Of a DNA stretch of 63,389 bases, positions 38,592-46,425 are shown one piece after another. Location: positions 1 to 63,389 of IMG/VR virus record IMGVR_UViG_3300045921_000040. The stretch is one strand, 5' to 3'. How positions within the stretch are numbered: the stretch's first letter is position 1; every line of letters starts with the position of its first letter. This DNA comes from a virus (taxonomy: Duplodnaviria; Caudoviricetes). A program made the translations under genes and the position numbers. The notes under the pieces were generated by a model. It was not told where the DNA came from. It did not search any database and saw only the letters and a list, made by a program, of their open reading frames with translations.

Positions 38592-38940
38592 AAAGTAACA
38601 AGCCATGTGAGCGAGCCATGAGGCCGGAAAGAAACAGAATATCTGAGCGAGCCAAGAGGATTGACTGAAACAAGGCAAGTGAGCGAGCCATGATTTCGGA
38701 ATGAAACACGCGGTTTGAGCGAGCTATGTAGGCTGAAAGTAACAGACGATCAGAGCGAGCCATTCACACCGACCGAAACACGAAAGGAGAGCGAGCCAAA
38801 GAAAGCGACCGAAACAAGACAAGCGAGCGAGCCATACCGCATGACGGAAACTTGATGGACGAGCGAGCCAATTCTTGAGACTGAAACATACCATTCGAGC
38901 GAGCCATAATTTTGGAAAGCAACAATGCTTACGAGCGCCA
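38573..38940 (+). ncRNA. TIGR-like array: 10 x 36-nt units [GAGCGAGCCA-N8-GANNGNAACA-N8]
   Basis: Unit starts at 38573, 38609, 38645, 38681, 38717, 38753, 38789, 38825, 38861, 38897; truncated terminal repeat at 38933; degenerate unit at 38537. Confidence 0.88.
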
Positions 38941-38956
38941 TTTACAGGAGACACAG

Positions 38957-39085
38957 ATGACCAATCCCTATCTCGAAATCCTCGGTGGCGCGCTGGTGCT
39001 GCTCGGCGGGTTCATGCTGCTCGGCCTGCTTTCGCTTGTCCCCGACGGGGGCGTGTGGGCTGAAATGATGGAGGTGCTGTCATGA
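38957..39085 (+). CDS. Small TM peptide (42 aa), not in ORF track
   Basis: AGGAG RBS; MTNPYLEILGGALVLLGGFMLLGLLSLV. Confidence 0.55.
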   Translation: MTNPYLEILGGALVLLGGFMLLGLLSLVPDGGVWAEMMEVLS

Positions 39086-39627
39086 CACGAGAAGAATTGC
39101 TTCGCGCGCTATATGAGCCGTGGGGATACGACGAGCCTTATGATTTAATTGAAAGCGCTCGTGAACAAATCGAGGCTGATGGCAAACGCATCGCGGAGCT
39201 TGAGCAATGGAAGACGGCAATCGACGAAGCCTTGGTCTGCAATCACCTTGGCACTGCCGACGATTTTCCGAACGCGAAGGCCGCATTGCAGCGGCTGATC
39301 GGTTGGGAGATTTCGATGGCTCTCGATCCTGAGATTTCCGTAGACGCGCGGTCGTTGCAGGCGGAAGCTACTGCCAAGCTTGAAGCCGAAAATGCCCGGC
39401 TTCGTGAGGCGCTAGTTAAAGAGCGGGAGGAAAACCTCTGGCGCGCCTATGGCACAGGCTACCAAAGCTACGGACGCTGGACGCATATGCGCATGGCAGA
39501 GGGAGAGTGGCTTGCTCGTGAGTGCGGCTTTGATCCCACTTTGCCCGATTATGATGCGGGCGAAATCAAGGCAGCGATCCCAAAGGCGGCTCGCAAGGTT
39601 CTTGAAATCAATGAAGAACAACAATGA
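39082..39627 (+). CDS. Hypothetical coiled-coil accessory protein
   Basis: GGAGG RBS; RIAELE and KLEAENARLREAL. Confidence 0.6.
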   Translation: MTREELLRALYEPWGYDEPYDLIESAREQIEADGKRIAELEQWKTAIDEALVCNHLGTADDFPNAKAALQRLIGWEISMALDPEISVDARSLQAEATAKLEAENARLREALVKEREENLWRAYGTGYQSYGRWTHMRMAEGEWLARECGFDPTLPDYDAGEIKAAIPKAARKVLEINEEQQ

Positions 39628-39784
39628 GCAATAATCACCACCGCCTGCGCAAATACCAGCGCAAGAAGGATCGGGCGCGTTGGAAGCCCGAGAAGTGGAA
39701 CCGGCTGGCGGCGCTTTACTGGCGCTACTGGCACAAGGTCTATAGCCCGCATCAAGGGCTGTGGGCGCAGGAAGGAGACTGACA

Positions 39785-40165
39785 ATGCTTATTATCATTC
39801 GCGGAATTCCGGGTTCCGGAAAATCGACACTTGGAGGGGCTCTTGTTCGAGCCGGTGTGGTGCACCTCAGCATTTCCGCCGACGATTGGATGGTGGACAA
39901 TAACGGGAATTATCGTTTCGACGCCTCCAGACTTCCCGAATGTCACAGAGCCTGTTTCGAAACAGCGCGCAAAGCTCTGGCAAATGGTCAATCGGTTGCG
40001 GTGTGCAACACGTTCACGCGTCGTTGGGAAGTTGAACCCTACATCGACCTTGCCAAAGAGCACGGAGTAGATGTGCAAGAAATCATCGTCAAAGGTCCGT
40101 GGCAAAGCATCCACAATCTCACCAAGCGCACTATCGAAAATATGCGCGCCAGATTTGAGATTTGA
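39785..40165 (+). CDS. P-loop kinase (polynucleotide kinase-like)
   Basis: IIRGIPGSGKST, SADDW, VCNTF. Confidence 0.85.
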   Translation: MLIIIRGIPGSGKSTLGGALVRAGVVHLSISADDWMVDNNGNYRFDASRLPECHRACFETARKALANGQSVAVCNTFTRRWEVEPYIDLAKEHGVDVQEIIVKGPWQSIHNLTKRTIENMRARFEI

Positions 40166-40176
40166 GGAGACTGACT

Positions 40177-40488
40177 ATGCAACCAATCGAACTGCCCGAC
40201 GACGGCCTGCGCGTGAATGATGGAGGTGATGCCGTGAGTGAATACGTGACGCAAGCAGATCGTGATGCGGCACAGGCACTGTGCGCGAGCGGATGGACAT
40301 ACGCGATAGAGGCCTTTGCCGCCCACCGCCGCTCCAGTGTTTCTGCTGTCGAAGCTGAAAGTGGAGTCATCCTGAAAAAGCTGCGCTCCGATGTGTTCGA
40401 GATACTGCGTCGGCACGACGTCAGCGACGAATGTTTCGCCGAGGTTGCCGCAGTTACCCACGCAGCCATTGTGGGCAAAGAGCAATAA
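40177..40488 (+). CDS. Hypothetical protein (alternative GTG start at 40234)
   Basis: GAGGAG RBS; VTQADRDAA motif. Confidence 0.5.
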   Translation: MQPIELPDDGLRVNDGGDAVSEYVTQADRDAAQALCASGWTYAIEAFAAHRRSSVSAVEAESGVILKKLRSDVFEILRRHDVSDECFAEVAAVTHAAIVGKEQ

Positions 40489-40501
40489 TGGAGCTGCTGC
40501 C

Positions 40502-40792
40502 ATGACGTCGCGCTGGGATTACATCAAACCGGGCGGCCCTAGCCAGGCAGATTTGGACTATGCGCAGTCGCTGATCGACGCGACTGGCGTCGATTTTTCA
40601 AGCGACAGCGAGCCGCATATCGTCGCGACGATAGCAAGGATTGTCGAGGCCGACATCCGCACCCTGCTTGAGCGATATGCCACCGAGGTCGAGCAGTATC
40701 ATGCCGTCGGGCCGGGCTATGTGCGCTTCGCTGCCGATTTGATCGAGCAAGGTGAGCACCGCCAGCCTGCTGGGCCGCAGGAAGGAGACTGA
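40502..40792 (+). CDS. Hypothetical protein
   Basis: GGAG RBS. Confidence 0.5.
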   Translation: MTSRWDYIKPGGPSQADLDYAQSLIDATGVDFSSDSEPHIVATIARIVEADIRTLLERYATEVEQYHAVGPGYVRFAADLIEQGEHRQPAGPQEGD

Positions 40793-40794
40793 CA

Positions 40795-40962
40795 ATGCAA
40801 CCGATTGAACTTTCCGATGACGGCCTGCGCGTGACGCGCACCGGCAACGTGCATGGCTACCTCATGGTGTGCCTGCACAATCCCGCCCTCATTGCCGAGG
40901 CTATCGCCGCCAAGGCTGTCCGCCGCATGATCCGGCAAGCTAACGAGCGGGTGTTTTCATGA
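40795..40962 (+). CDS. Hypothetical 55-aa protein, not in ORF track
   Basis: AAGGAG RBS; MQPIELSDDGLRV. Confidence 0.5.
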   Translation: MQPIELSDDGLRVTRTGNVHGYLMVCLHNPALIAEAIAAKAVRRMIRQANERVFS

Positions 40963-40973
40963 AAGGAGAAACT

Positions 40974-41213
40974 ATGACTGATATTCCAGAAATCGCCGCC
41001 AAGTTGACCAAGGCACAGCGTCAAGCGCTTCCTTTGTTTGAGGAAAACGTTCGGTATGGCCCGTGTTTTCCTCCAAACACCTCTTGGGTCAAAACGCATC
41101 TGTATAAGTTGGGCCTGTTAGAGCGGAACCCATATGGTGCAGTTTTCGAGTTCCGGCTCACGCCACTTGGCGTTGTCGTCCGCGACCACATCAAAGGGGA
41201 AACCACGTCATGA
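40974..41213 (+). CDS. Small winged-helix-like protein
   Basis: KLTKAQRQAL..LYKLGLLE..RLTPLG. Confidence 0.55.
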   Translation: MTDIPEIAAKLTKAQRQALPLFEENVRYGPCFPPNTSWVKTHLYKLGLLERNPYGAVFEFRLTPLGVVVRDHIKGETTS

Positions 41214-41476
41214 CTGACACCCCCATACAGATAGACAAGGGGATACCCATCCCGCCTAGACGGCGGTTAACCCCTGTAGGTGCCGAGCAGCTTGCAGCGC
41301 TGGAGGTGGGAGATAGCTTTGCTATACCTATCCCACCTGAATATGCAACTAAACCTACGGTTTGGGCGGGTATAAACAGGCTGCGAAATTCAGTTTACCA
41401 CTACCAAAAGCGTTTCGGACGAAAGTTCACCGTCCGGTGCTTGGAGAGCGAAGTTCGAGTTTGGAGGATTAGCTGA
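41210..41476 (+). CDS. Small putative DNA-binding protein
   Basis: IDKGIPIP..LEVGDSF..FTVR..VRVWRI. Confidence 0.6.
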   Translation: MTDTPIQIDKGIPIPPRRRLTPVGAEQLAALEVGDSFAIPIPPEYATKPTVWAGINRLRNSVYHYQKRFGRKFTVRCLESEVRVWRIS

Positions 41477-41685
41477 TGAACAGGATTGCTATTGCCGTAA
41501 CCCTTATCGGGCTTGGTCTGACCCTTCTCGTACAGACTGTGCCAACCGCTGCACAGCAGCGTGAGTATTACCTCGTAGCGCAGTGGGTTGGCGACTACGG
41601 TCAGCGGTTTTGCAGGTATAGTAACGGCACTGTGCTGAATGTCGGTGTGAATGTGTGCCCGCTCAGCATCAAGGCTTGGATGTGA
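41476..41685 (+). CDS. Small secreted Cys-containing protein
   Basis: Signal-peptide-like N-terminus; FCRYSNG..CPLSI. Confidence 0.55.
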   Translation: MNRIAIAVTLIGLGLTLLVQTVPTAAQQREYYLVAQWVGDYGQRFCRYSNGTVLNVGVNVCPLSIKAWM

Positions 41686-42977
41686 TGACAAACCTTATCG
41701 TTTGCGATGCAGAGACCTTTTACGACCGCACGTTCAGTTTATCCAAGCTTACTACGGAAGAATATATCCGCCACGAGCTTTTTGAGACCATCGGTTGGGC
41801 AGTGAAGGTCAATGACGAGCCTGCACAGTGGTTCTCAGGGCCGAAGCGTGAAGTCAAGCAGTGGCTAGACCAGTTCCCGTGGGGTGACAGCATCGCTGTG
41901 GCGCACAATGCCGCATTCGATATGGCTATCCTTAACTGGCACTTCGATATCCGTCCCAAGAGGATTGCAGATACCCTCTCCATGCTGCGAGCCATTGACG
42001 GGCCGGATGCAGGTAACAGCCTAGCTAAAGCTGCAGAACGCTATGGGGTGGGAAAGAAGGGCGACGAGGTCGTCAATGCGCTTGGCAAGAGGCGGCTGGA
42101 TTTCACCCCACAAGAGCTTGCTCGGTATGGTGAGTATTGCATCAACGACGTCGAGCTTACCTACAAGCTCTTTGAACATATAGCTCCGCTACTGCCCGCC
42201 AGCGAGCTTCGCCTAATTGACCTTACCATACGTATGTTTACGGAGCCCACTTTGGAGCTGGATAGGGACGTATTGGAAGAGCACCTGACCGAGGTTAGGG
42301 AGAAGAAGCAGAAGCTCATGGATGCGATCACCGCAGATAAGAGCGTGCTCATGTCCAACCCGAAGCTGGCCGAGCTCCTTATGAGCCTCAAGGTGGCGCC
42401 GCCGACAAAGGTTAGCCCAAGAACCGGGAAGACCACATGGGCTTTTGGTAAGACTGATGAGGCGTTTAAAGAGTTGTTGGACCACCCTGACCCTCGGGTG
42501 CAGACTATTGTCGCTGCTCGCATTGGAGTGAAATCGACTCTTCAAGAAACCCGCACGGAACGGTTTATTTCCATCGCCAATCGTGGGACGCTCCCTGTTC
42601 CTTTGCGCTACTATGCTGCACACACAGGGCGCTTTGGGGGTTGCTTAGTTGACGATACCCAGGTTACGGTGTATGACCCATTCTGGGGCGTTTGCAACAA
42701 ACGCATTGTTGATGTGCTGCTAGACGACCTTGTGTGGGACGGAGAAGAGTTCGTTTCGCACGATGGTGTAGTTTTTAGCGGGTTTGCAGAAGTCATTGAG
42801 TGGGATGGCGTAAAAGGGACCGAAGACCATGTCGTATTCACGGACGCCGGAGAGATGTCGCTACGAGAGGCAATGCAGGGAAATCACCGCATCAAAACTG
42901 GTGGCGACATTTCCGAAGACGCTGTGGACGCCGCTAGAAAGTTGCTACGTAACTACAAAAACCAAGATAAAGTGTAA
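41685..42977 (+). CDS. polA: DNA polymerase A, N-terminal part (3'-5' exonuclease) fused to split-intein N half
   Basis: DAET, AHNAAFD, YCINDV exonuclease motifs; extein ends HTGRFGG, then CLVDDTQV intein block A. Confidence 0.88.
   Translation: MTNLIVCDAETFYDRTFSLSKLTTEEYIRHELFETIGWAVKVNDEPAQWFSGPKREVKQWLDQFPWGDSIAVAHNAAFDMAILNWHFDIRPKRIADTLSMLRAIDGPDAGNSLAKAAERYGVGKKGDEVVNALGKRRLDFTPQELARYGEYCINDVELTYKLFEHIAPLLPASELRLIDLTIRMFTEPTLELDRDVLEEHLTEVREKKQKLMDAITADKSVLMSNPKLAELLMSLKVAPPTKVSPRTGKTTWAFGKTDEAFKELLDHPDPRVQTIVAARIGVKSTLQETRTERFISIANRGTLPVPLRYYAAHTGRFGGCLVDDTQVTVYDPFWGVCNKRIVDVLLDDLVWDGEEFVSHDGVVFSGFAEVIEWDGVKGTEDHVVFTDAGEMSLREAMQGNHRIKTGGDISEDAVDAARKLLRNYKNQDKV
42642..42977 (+). mobile_element. 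Split intein, N-terminal half
   Basis: Starts with Cys; TEDH block B; ends at a stop codon. Confidence 0.82.
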
Positions 42978-43599
42978 ATGTCAATGCGGCGCAGAGAAAG
43001 AGATTAGGGTAAAAGATATACTTAGCGGAAGAAGTAAGTCGTGCCGGTCTTGTGCGTTTCGCCTAAGAGCCGCAAAAATGCCTAAGGCCGAAAGGGTAGC
43101 TAGAGCTAAAAAAGCTTCTACCGCCGCCGCTGCAGCGCTTGCTGCTAGGATGGTCAATCACCCATATAGGTTGAAGTATGGCGATGCGTACGATTATTTG
43201 CTGGAATTAGCTTCCAGCGCAAAGAGCAGATGCTGTAACCCTAACCATAACGCATATGTTAATTATGGGGCACGGGGTGTAACTTTTGGGTTCCCATCTG
43301 TAAGCGCTTTCGCCGAATGGGTATTGGATAATATAGGCCCAAAGTCGGATGCTTCGTACTCTATAGATCGTATAGACAACAACAGAGGCTACGAGCCCGG
43401 TAATCTACGGTGGGCAACTCGTCTTGAGCAAGCGCGCAACAGAAGGGCTTACAAAAGAACCAAAAATGGAGAACGTATACGTTATCTAAAAGACCTACGG
43501 CCAGACTTAACATACGAAACAATCCGCATATGGATTGCTAAGGGCATGGACGACGAAGAAATACTTGGGAGAAAAAAGTATGCTCGTTCCAGTATATGA
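42829..43599 (+). CDS. Free-standing HNH homing endonuclease between the split-intein halves (start uncertain)
   Basis: CKCQCG, SCRSC, YGARGV, SIDRIDNNRGYEPGNLRWAT..QARN. Confidence 0.85.
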   Translation: MSYSRTPERCRYERQCREITASKLVATFPKTLWTPLESCYVTTKTKIKCKCQCGAEKEIRVKDILSGRSKSCRSCAFRLRAAKMPKAERVARAKKASTAAAAALAARMVNHPYRLKYGDAYDYLLELASSAKSRCCNPNHNAYVNYGARGVTFGFPSVSAFAEWVLDNIGPKSDASYSIDRIDNNRGYEPGNLRWATRLEQARNRRAYKRTKNGERIRYLKDLRPDLTYETIRIWIAKGMDDEEILGRKKYARSSI

Positions 43600-43657
43600 C
43601 ATTAGGAATTGTGGGCCTAGACGTAGGTTTGTGGCCAATGGAAAGTTAGTACACAAT
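43580..43657 (+). mobile_element. Split intein, C-terminal half (26 aa)
   Basis: VYDI..FVANGKLVHN followed by Ser. Confidence 0.82.
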
Positions 43658-45352
43658 TCAGAGTCCATTAACCTTCAAAACCTTCCTCGCAAAAGTCCGT
43701 TAAGGAAAGCCATCAAGGCCCCGGAAGGCTACGTAATTATTGACTGTGACTCCTCGCAGATTGAAGCGCGCACCCTTGCGTGGCTGGCTGAACAGAATGA
43801 CCTTGTTGAAGCCTTTGGTCGTGGAGATGACGTTTACAAGATTATGGCTTCGGCCATATACGACGTGCCAGTCGAGGAAGTAACCGCTGAACAACGGTTT
43901 GTAGGAAAAACAACAATTCTTGGTTGTCTTGCCGAGGGAACTTTGGTATTAACCGATAGAGGTTGGGTAGCAATTGAACACGTTACCCTCGATGACCGTC
44001 TTTGGGATGGGGAAGAGTGGGTATGCCATCAAGGATTAGTGAAGAAAGGCATCAAAGAAACATTGAATCTTTGCGGGCTTTGGTTGACGCCAGATCACAA
44101 AATATTGTGCGGGACGCAGTGGTTGGAGGCGCAATCAGTGGTGCAAGACAGCGCTACCCTCTCCCTAGCATTGGACACCGGAGCGGTAACTTGGTTGTCA
44201 CCGGATATGTTAAAGGGCCACGTGGAGGTGTGGCCTCGCTTATCGTGCAGTGCGATTGCGGACGCCCTGAGTACACCGTTGACCGCCACAACTTTAAGGA
44301 CTTCAAAAGCACACGTTGCCCCCTCTGCGGCAGGCGGGAAGGCCACCGCAAGCGGTATTGGAATTACATCTCTGCACTCCCCGACGAGCAGCACAGGGTG
44401 CGACTCCTTAACCGGCTTTCCGCCGCAATCAATCGGTGTCACGTCCCCAGTAGCAGGGCGTACGCCGACTACGGGGGTAGAGGTATTACTGTACACAAAC
44501 AGTGGTGAGAAGACCGGGCGGCTTTCCTCAGGTACGTCCAGACGGTGCCCGGATGGGATGACCCAAACCTCGAAATGGACCGCGAGGACAACGACCGAGG
44601 ATACGAACCCGGCAACATCAGGTTTGTCACACGCGCCGTCAACCATGCAAATAAGAGAAAAGTTAAAATCCTTCAGACGGAACTTGATGACCTACGACAT
44701 CGCCTACGCAGGGCCGAGGAACAGATACACAGTTGCGACAAATGCCGGGCCAATTATCGTACATAATTGCGGTTATGGCATGGGGGCGGAAAGGTTCCAG
44801 ACACAACTGAAAGCCTTTGGTGTAAACCTTTCATTAGAAGAATGCCGCCACATTATTCGTACATACCGGCAAACCTATCCACAAATTGTCAAGCTATGGT
44901 CTAACGCTGACCGCGCATTAGATGCTCTGCGCTCACAACGCACTTGTGAGCTTGGGCGTGAAGGGGTGCTACAATTAGACCTGTTCGGTATAAAGCTACC
45001 CAACGGTATGTACCTACGCTATAACAACTTGCGTGTTGACAATGACGGCGAACTTGTTTATGATACAAAGCAAGGGAAGAGCGTTGTACCTACGAAAATA
45101 TACGGGGGGAAATCTGTTGAGAATATTACCCAAGCCTTAGCCCGCATAATCATAGCCGAGCAAATGCTGATGATATCGCGCAGGCTGCGCGTGGTTCTGA
45201 CTGTGCACGACAGCGTTGTAGCTTTGGCTCCTGAGGAGCAAGCTGGAGAGGCTAGGGCATTTGTAGAGCAGTGTATGCGAACACGCCCAAAGTGGGCACC
45301 AGGGTTGCCGTTGGGTTGCGAAAGTAAGGTGGGAGTGTGCTATGGAGGATAA
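43580..45352 (+). CDS. polA: DNA polymerase A, C-terminal part with split-intein C half and a second intein
   Basis: GGGAG RBS; MLVPVYDI..KLVHN then SESINLQNLP; motif A DSSQIEAR; motif B KTTILG/CGYG; motif C VHDS. Confidence 0.88.
   Translation: MLVPVYDIRNCGPRRRFVANGKLVHNSESINLQNLPRKSPLRKAIKAPEGYVIIDCDSSQIEARTLAWLAEQNDLVEAFGRGDDVYKIMASAIYDVPVEEVTAEQRFVGKTTILGCLAEGTLVLTDRGWVAIEHVTLDDRLWDGEEWVCHQGLVKKGIKETLNLCGLWLTPDHKILCGTQWLEAQSVVQDSATLSLALDTGAVTWLSPDMLKGHVEVWPRLSCSAIADALSTPLTATTLRTSKAHVAPSAAGGKATASGIGITSLHSPTSSTGCDSLTGFPPQSIGVTSPVAGRTPTTGVEVLLYTNSGEKTGRLSSGTSRRCPDGMTQTSKWTARTTTEDTNPATSGLSHAPSTMQIREKLKSFRRNLMTYDIAYAGPRNRYTVATNAGPIIVHNCGYGMGAERFQTQLKAFGVNLSLEECRHIIRTYRQTYPQIVKLWSNADRALDALRSQRTCELGREGVLQLDLFGIKLPNGMYLRYNNLRVDNDGELVYDTKQGKSVVPTKIYGGKSVENITQALARIIIAEQMLMISRRLRVVLTVHDSVVALAPEEQAGEARAFVEQCMRTRPKWAPGLPLGCESKVGVCYGG
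43925..44767 (+). mobile_element. Contiguous intein (281 aa) in polymerase motif B
   Basis: CLAEGTLV..TPDH...TYDI..IIVHN followed by Cys. Confidence 0.85.
44023..44766 (+). pseudogene. Out-of-frame HNH endonuclease nested in intein 2, interrupted by TGA at 44506
   Basis: ORFs 44002..44508 and 44545..44766 share one frame: QCDCG, RCPLC, YGGRGITVHKQW*EDRAAF..MDREDNDRGYEPGNIRFVT. Confidence 0.75.
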
Positions 45353-45746
45353 TGAACTACACCCGTTGGTGACATTGCTTCTCAAACGGATGGATAGCCA
45401 TCCAGAGGAATTCCAAGTCTCTCGCCCCCGTTGGGATTACGCTATTAATGCAATCAAACAAAACGGTAGCGAAGCCGATATAGACGCACTCGACACAAAA
45501 TTACGCCTTGTACGTCTTAACGCCGCGCATGAGTGGGCGCTTGACGAGCTTCTCAATGGTGAGGAGCGCCGTAAGGAGCAAGCCAAAGAACGAGAACAAA
45601 AAGTGATCCGTCAGGCGGCTTCGCTTATACAAAACATCGAGCCGCGAATAGTTGCTAGCGAGACTGGGACCGCCCTTTTGGGGGACATCGCGCTTGCCTC
45701 ACCTCAAGCGGCTGCAAACATTTTAGGTAAGTTGTGGAAGGAGTAA
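45342..45746 (+). CDS. Hypothetical protein
   Basis: LLLKRMDSHPEEF; coupled ORF. Confidence 0.6.
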   Translation: MEDNELHPLVTLLLKRMDSHPEEFQVSRPRWDYAINAIKQNGSEADIDALDTKLRLVRLNAAHEWALDELLNGEERRKEQAKEREQKVIRQAASLIQNIEPRIVASETGTALLGDIALASPQAAANILGKLWKE

Positions 45747-46210
45747 TGAAAATGCCTAAGACCAAGAATACCACCCGTGACGCTATTCTGAAGTATCTGA
45801 GCAAGAACCCCGATGCTACCAACAAGCAGGTTGCCGAGAAACTGGGGTGCACTGTCAGCTATGTGTCGATGCTCCGCAAGCAGATGGGGGGAGCCACGCA
45901 GGGAGAAAAGAAGGTTCAGGAAGCTCCAAAGCTCGACGTGGACGCTCTTCTCGATGAGCGCGGTTTGCGCTATGGTGCGTTCAGCACCCATGCCGAGCTT
46001 ACGCAACGCCTGAAGCAGCTAACTAACAAATTTCTGCACAATAATGGCAAGGAGCTCGACTTTGACCAGCAGGAGGCTCTGGACATGATTTTCCATAAGG
46101 TCGGACGCATCGTTAACGGTGACCCTGATTACGTAGACAGCTGGGCAGATATCGCGGGTTATGCTACTCTCGTCGCAGACCGTCTGAAAGGGGTACGCCA
46201 CAGCGCCTAG
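45746..46210 (+). CDS. HTH plus conserved phage domain protein
   Basis: TNKQVAEKLGCTVSYVS HTH; LDERGLRYG..KVGRI..DSWADIAGYA. Confidence 0.7.
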   Translation: MKMPKTKNTTRDAILKYLSKNPDATNKQVAEKLGCTVSYVSMLRKQMGGATQGEKKVQEAPKLDVDALLDERGLRYGAFSTHAELTQRLKQLTNKFLHNNGKELDFDQQEALDMIFHKVGRIVNGDPDYVDSWADIAGYATLVADRLKGVRHSA

Positions 46211-46240
46211 TGGTCCCCCTGTAAAAGAAGGAGAGGTAGT

Positions 46241-46423
46241 ATGGTTGACGCATTTGTCCTCGTTGCAGCCCTCATCGCCGGAGCTGGGCTTGGCCTTATG
46301 CTAGGCCGATGGTATGGCTTCCTCGACGCGAAAAAGGACTTCGACGCCAAGGCCGAGAAGCTCAAGAAGGACACGTGTAAACCGCCGCGTGACGCACGTG
46401 GGAGGTTCGTGAAGAGAAGCTGA
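46241..46423 (+). CDS. Small TM protein ending RDARGRF
   Basis: ORF track; GGAG RBS. Confidence 0.55.
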   Translation: MVDAFVLVAALIAGAGLGLMLGRWYGFLDAKKDFDAKAEKLKKDTCKPPRDARGRFVKRS

Positions 46424-46425
46424 GA

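Noticed and set aside
37662-38678. 338-aa antisense ORF over the Tas-like gene, and similar long antisense ORFs elsewhere
   Set aside because: Shadow ORFs of GC-rich coding sequence with no recognisable motifs
38573-38932. Self-targeting of the phage genome by array spacers
   Set aside because: Spot checks found only isolated 8-mer matches, expected by chance, and no adjacent spacer A plus B match; the search was by eye and not exhaustive
38573-38940. CRISPR array
   Set aside because: Repeats are only 10 nt and alternate between two types with 8-nt variable segments; no cas operon is present, and the Cas4-like nuclease at 46426 sits in the replication module
44506-44508. Genome-wide TGA recoding
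   Set aside because: TGA terminates many intact genes, often in ATGA overlaps, so the standard code applies
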